DNA of 64,000 nt, from positions 16,864,001 to 16,928,000 of the forward strand of contig JBHGNT010000015.1 in assembly GCA_043228905.1 (NCBI GenBank), written 5' to 3'. The notes beneath the pieces are model-generated. The model saw nothing but the letters and a program-made list of their open reading frames with translations, did no database searches and was not told where the DNA came from. Position 1 is the stretch's first letter, and the number at the start of each line of letters is the position of its first letter. This stretch comes from Azolla caroliniana (lineage: Eukaryota > Plantae > Polypodiophyta). The translations under genes and the position numbers were made by a program. Positions 60,501 through 64,000 of the stretch are shown piece after piece.

Positions 60501-62947
60501 GGGGTGCCAACTTGGTCCTTTTCTCCATGGGGATGAAGGTGTGGGATTTGCATCCAAATATAAGGAGCCTATCGTAGGTCGTTGTTTGCCAGACCATAAT
60601 GCATGTGGCACTTCAAGTCGTATTGCTCTTGACGACGACAGATTGATCAACTAGACTGTCATCTACAATGCTTTGGCCCAAAATTCCAGCTTCAGTCTGG
60701 ATTGTTGGAGCATTGCCATCACTCTCTCTTGGATCGTGCAATTGATCTGTTCTACCATACCATTATGCATGGGAGTATATGCAACGGTCTTTTGGTACCA
60801 GATCCCTTTGTCAGACAAGCATTTTTTGAAGGCTCAGGCGGTGTATTCACCTCCGTTGTCGGATTGAAGTGTCTTCACTCGGTATCCAAACCGGTTCTCC
60901 ACTTCAACTAGCTCGTGAGTGAAGACTTTGAGCGCTTTGTCTTTCGGCCTAATTGAATAGGCCCATACTTTCCAATTACAGTCATCTACGAATGTAATGA
61001 AGTACCGGGACCCCCCTAATGACCTTTGTAAGGATTGTTATACCATTCTTAGTAGAGAGAGTGTGAACTTCGGGTTTGTTTCCCGTAACGACAATGCTCG
61101 TAAAAGTCTATCTTCAACTGGAGCTTCGGGATGTAGTCGACCGCGATTAGTCAGTCCAGTCTGACTTGAGACATATGGCCGAGTCGGCCATGCCATAAGT
61201 TCGAGTCGGTCGATTCAGCTATTTTCACTGTGCCCTCTGGATTGATCCCCATTAATAAATACAAGTTGTTGTGCTTGCATCCGTTCCCGATTTTCATGTT
61301 TCTTGGGTTGATCATCCATGACAAATCGTTGAGAGTTGTTTAGTACTCGTCTTTAGCTAGCATGCCGATGGAGATTAGACTCCTTTTAAGCTCGGCTACA
61401 TGCCAGACATGGTGCAGGACGATCCTGCTATTTGGCAATTGAATTGGTACTTCGCCGATTCCGGCGATTTTGCATTTTTGCCCATTGCCGAGTTTGATAG
61501 TGTCATCGGCTCCGGTCGAATATTTCGAAAACCATTCGATATTTGGGGTCACGTGAAATGTGGCACCAGAGTCCAATAGCCACGTTCGTGTGTCCTGCAC
61601 ATTGTAAAGGACTTCTTCGATCATTGAGTCCTCCAAAGAGAGGATTTATCTAGATTGGGAGTCGGCAACATTGATTTGGTTGCTGACTAGAGAACAGTTT
61701 GAGTCGGAACGTCCTGAATTCCACTCAAATACACTCTCCTTTCTTTTAATTGACCAGCAGTCGGCAACATTGTGACCAACTTTTCTGCAGTGGGTGCAGA
61801 AATCACTTGGTCGACTATTCCTCAACTTCGACTGTTGTTGGTCTCCCCTCTTTCATGGTCGACTGGTGTTTCGACTTGTTCTCTCGGTCAACTTGGTCGA
61901 ATGGTGGGCTTCTGCCGACTCATCGATGGTGAGTCCCATCAATTCTCATCGAATGTCCTCAGTGAGGACTTCTCCAATCGTCTCATCTAGATTTAGATTT
62001 GAATAGTTGTTGGCAAAAGTCGTGTGGAATAGCTCCCAACTCATCGACAAGCTCGAAAGGAGGGCAAGGGCTTTAACTTCTTCTTCAAAGTTAATCCCTT
62101 GGGAGGAGAGTTCAAATAACACTCGACTGAAGGTGTTGATGTGAGAGGTTGTTGGATCCGTCTCTCTCATCTTCATGTTGAACAACTATCGAATTAACAT
62201 CAACTTGATGAGGAGGATTTCTCCTACTACACTTCATGTAGTTTCTCCCACAAAGAGAATGCAATCGTCTCCTTTGCCATACTAAAATAGACATTTTTGG
62301 CCAGGTGCATTCGAATGGTCAATTTGGCTATTTCATCCATAGATCGCAATTCTTTTGCAGACATTCAAGCCGGCTTGGTGTTATGCCGAATGACTTCAAT
62401 ATGTCGTCGGATGATGAGGACATCCTTCATCATTTCCTTCCAAAGGGCGAAGTTCTTCCCATCAAACTTCCTGTTGGGAGACAGGTCCCTCCGGATGGGA
62501 AGGGAGAAGAACAGTGCCGATGAACAAACTCGGCCGAGGCTGAAATCGGATGAGGAGTACTCGGCTACGGAGAGCCGGATGGTACAGACCCGGTGAAGAC
62601 TGGATGAGGAGTACCCGACTACGGAGAGCCGGATGATGCAGACCCGGTGAAGACCGGATGAGGAGTACCCGGCTACGAAGAGCCGGATGGTACAGACCCG
62701 GTGAAGACCGGATGAGGAGTACTCGGCTACGGAGAGCCGGATGGTACAGAACCGGTGAAGACCGGATGAGGAGTACCCGGCTACGGAGAACCGGATGAAG
62801 AGACATATTTGTAAATATGTTTCTGATAGTCCATCAAGGCTATATTTGTAAATAGCCGAAAAGTCATATTAGTATAAATATGACTTAGGGCAAAAATAGT
62901 TGTGGTTGTCATTTTTTGTTTTGCACGCCATAGAGAGTGCATAACTG

Positions 62948-62990
<43 letters not shown>

Positions 62991-63693
62991 GTCGTTGCCT
63001 CTGTTGTAATCGCCACTTGTGGCGAAGATCTATGAGCACGAGGTCGGTGCCTCAGTGAGCTCACTGTTGTATATTCTTACATAGTGACAGTTTGCAGCCT
63101 GTGGGCTGCCGTGGTTTTTACCCTAGTTTGGGGTTTTCCACGTAAACCTCCTGTGTATTCTCTTCTTCTTTGTGTCATGTTTTATTTCCCGTTTTCTGTG
63201 TATCATTCTAAGCTCGGTTGTGGCCGAGCGTTGCGCATAAGGAACGTTGAGTTCCCATCACTTCCATATTTCCACACTCGTGTTGAACTGTGTCGCCATT
63301 CTTTTATTGGAAGTAGATGTTTTTGACCTTGTCTTTTTCTCTCAACTAGATGACTTCTCTTCTTAGTTTTTCTGCTATTTGTCGTTACTAGACAACAAGG
63401 TCACTCTGATACCACTTGTTGTAATATGTTAAATGAAGAATATGATAAGGACCTGCAAGATAAAATGTGTACATCAAACAACATAGATATGCAATAGGAA
63501 GAAGAAGGAAAATAGAAGATAGACACAGATTTAGCTTCAATGGAAGTTCTCACTTTCTCTCTTCTTTGTAACTCTTTTCAAACCAAGACACACTTTACAA
63601 TGTTAGGTTTGAGCTTATATACTCAAGCCCTAACTAGAGAACGTGTTCACACTAAGGATACAAAGTGGAAGGAGTCAGCCTTTTATGGCAACA
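57559..63693 (-). mobile_element. Ty1/copia element 1 (degenerate gag-PR-INT-RT-RH)
   Basis: 5' LTR 63693-63417 (TGTTG...CAACA); PBS TGGTATCAGAG 63414-63404; gag ATG 63299 (MATQFNTSVEIWKFDGKNFALWKE); protease WLLDSGATFH; integrase region (IFGC..H...KRTKL); RT QLDVKTTFLHGDLEEDI, YVND; RNase H GYTDSDYA. PPT GAGGGAG is followed by TGTTGGCATA (57568-57559), a 9/10 match to the 5' LTR start. Confidence 0.88.
62472..63260 (+). mobile_element. Solo LTR 'D' copy 2 (789 bp) inserted in gag of copia 1
   Basis: TG...CA termini; TSD CTTCC (62467-62471 / 63261-63265); homologous to 50551-51262. 54-bp units at 62546, 62600, 62654, 62708, 62762. Confidence 0.92.
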
Positions 63694-64000
63694 ATTTTTT
63701 CAATTCTTGAACCTTTATGCTTTCTACATTCTTCTCTTAATTCATCACATGCATAATTGATGAGTTTGATACCACATACATCGACCCATGACTTTGTTGT
63801 GCATACATTTTTCATCTCGCTTACATCTTGGCTCATTGTCTTCTTTTAATGCTTCTTTTAACTCAATCTTATCAAGGCACTCGTTTGTTTCAAAAGAAGC
63901 TTTATTACATTCGTAGATATCGTCTTGAAGTTTTGCAACCATTTTCTTAAGAGTTCCTTCATTCTCAATGACAACAATTTGTTGCTTAGCATTCTCCCTC

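Noticed and set aside
63694-64000. 65-aa minus-strand ORF at the window edge
   Set aside because: No recognisable motif and truncated context; probably TE-derived but unsupported.

Overview
Eukaryotic land-plant nuclear DNA. AT-rich introns, microsatellite-rich 5' UTRs, a PLS-type PPR relic and the transposon types suggest a fern such as Ceratopteris or Adiantum; this is inference. The left ~41 kb holds four intact spliced genes: UBP12/13-type deubiquitinase (+, 32 coding exons), nuclear-encoded organellar RPS16 (-), ER FKBP15 (+) and plastid chaperonin CPN60-alpha (-). A decayed copia, a PPR fragment and an L1 LINE lie among them. The right ~22 kb is a nest of LTR retrotransposons whose insertion order can be reconstructed from TSDs: two Ty1/copia elements, a tRNA-Trp-primed Ty3/gypsy, four solo LTRs and one non-autonomous LTR element. 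The most striking observation is that element (45511-50518, TSD CACAT). It has no polypurine tract. Instead an inward-facing tRNA-Arg primer-binding-like site abuts each LTR, suggesting both cDNA strands might be tRNA-primed. It also carries a 470-codon LINE-derived ORF and a ~165-bp tandem array. Other notable items: an 8 x 105-bp hairpin array in a solo LTR, three LTR families sharing a U5 motif (two with 4-bp CG-centred TSDs), a duplicated RPS16 C-terminus that may be an alternative last exon, three GC-AG introns, and duplicated splice sites in CPN60A introns. tRNA and protein matches come from recalled consensus sequences, not database searches.
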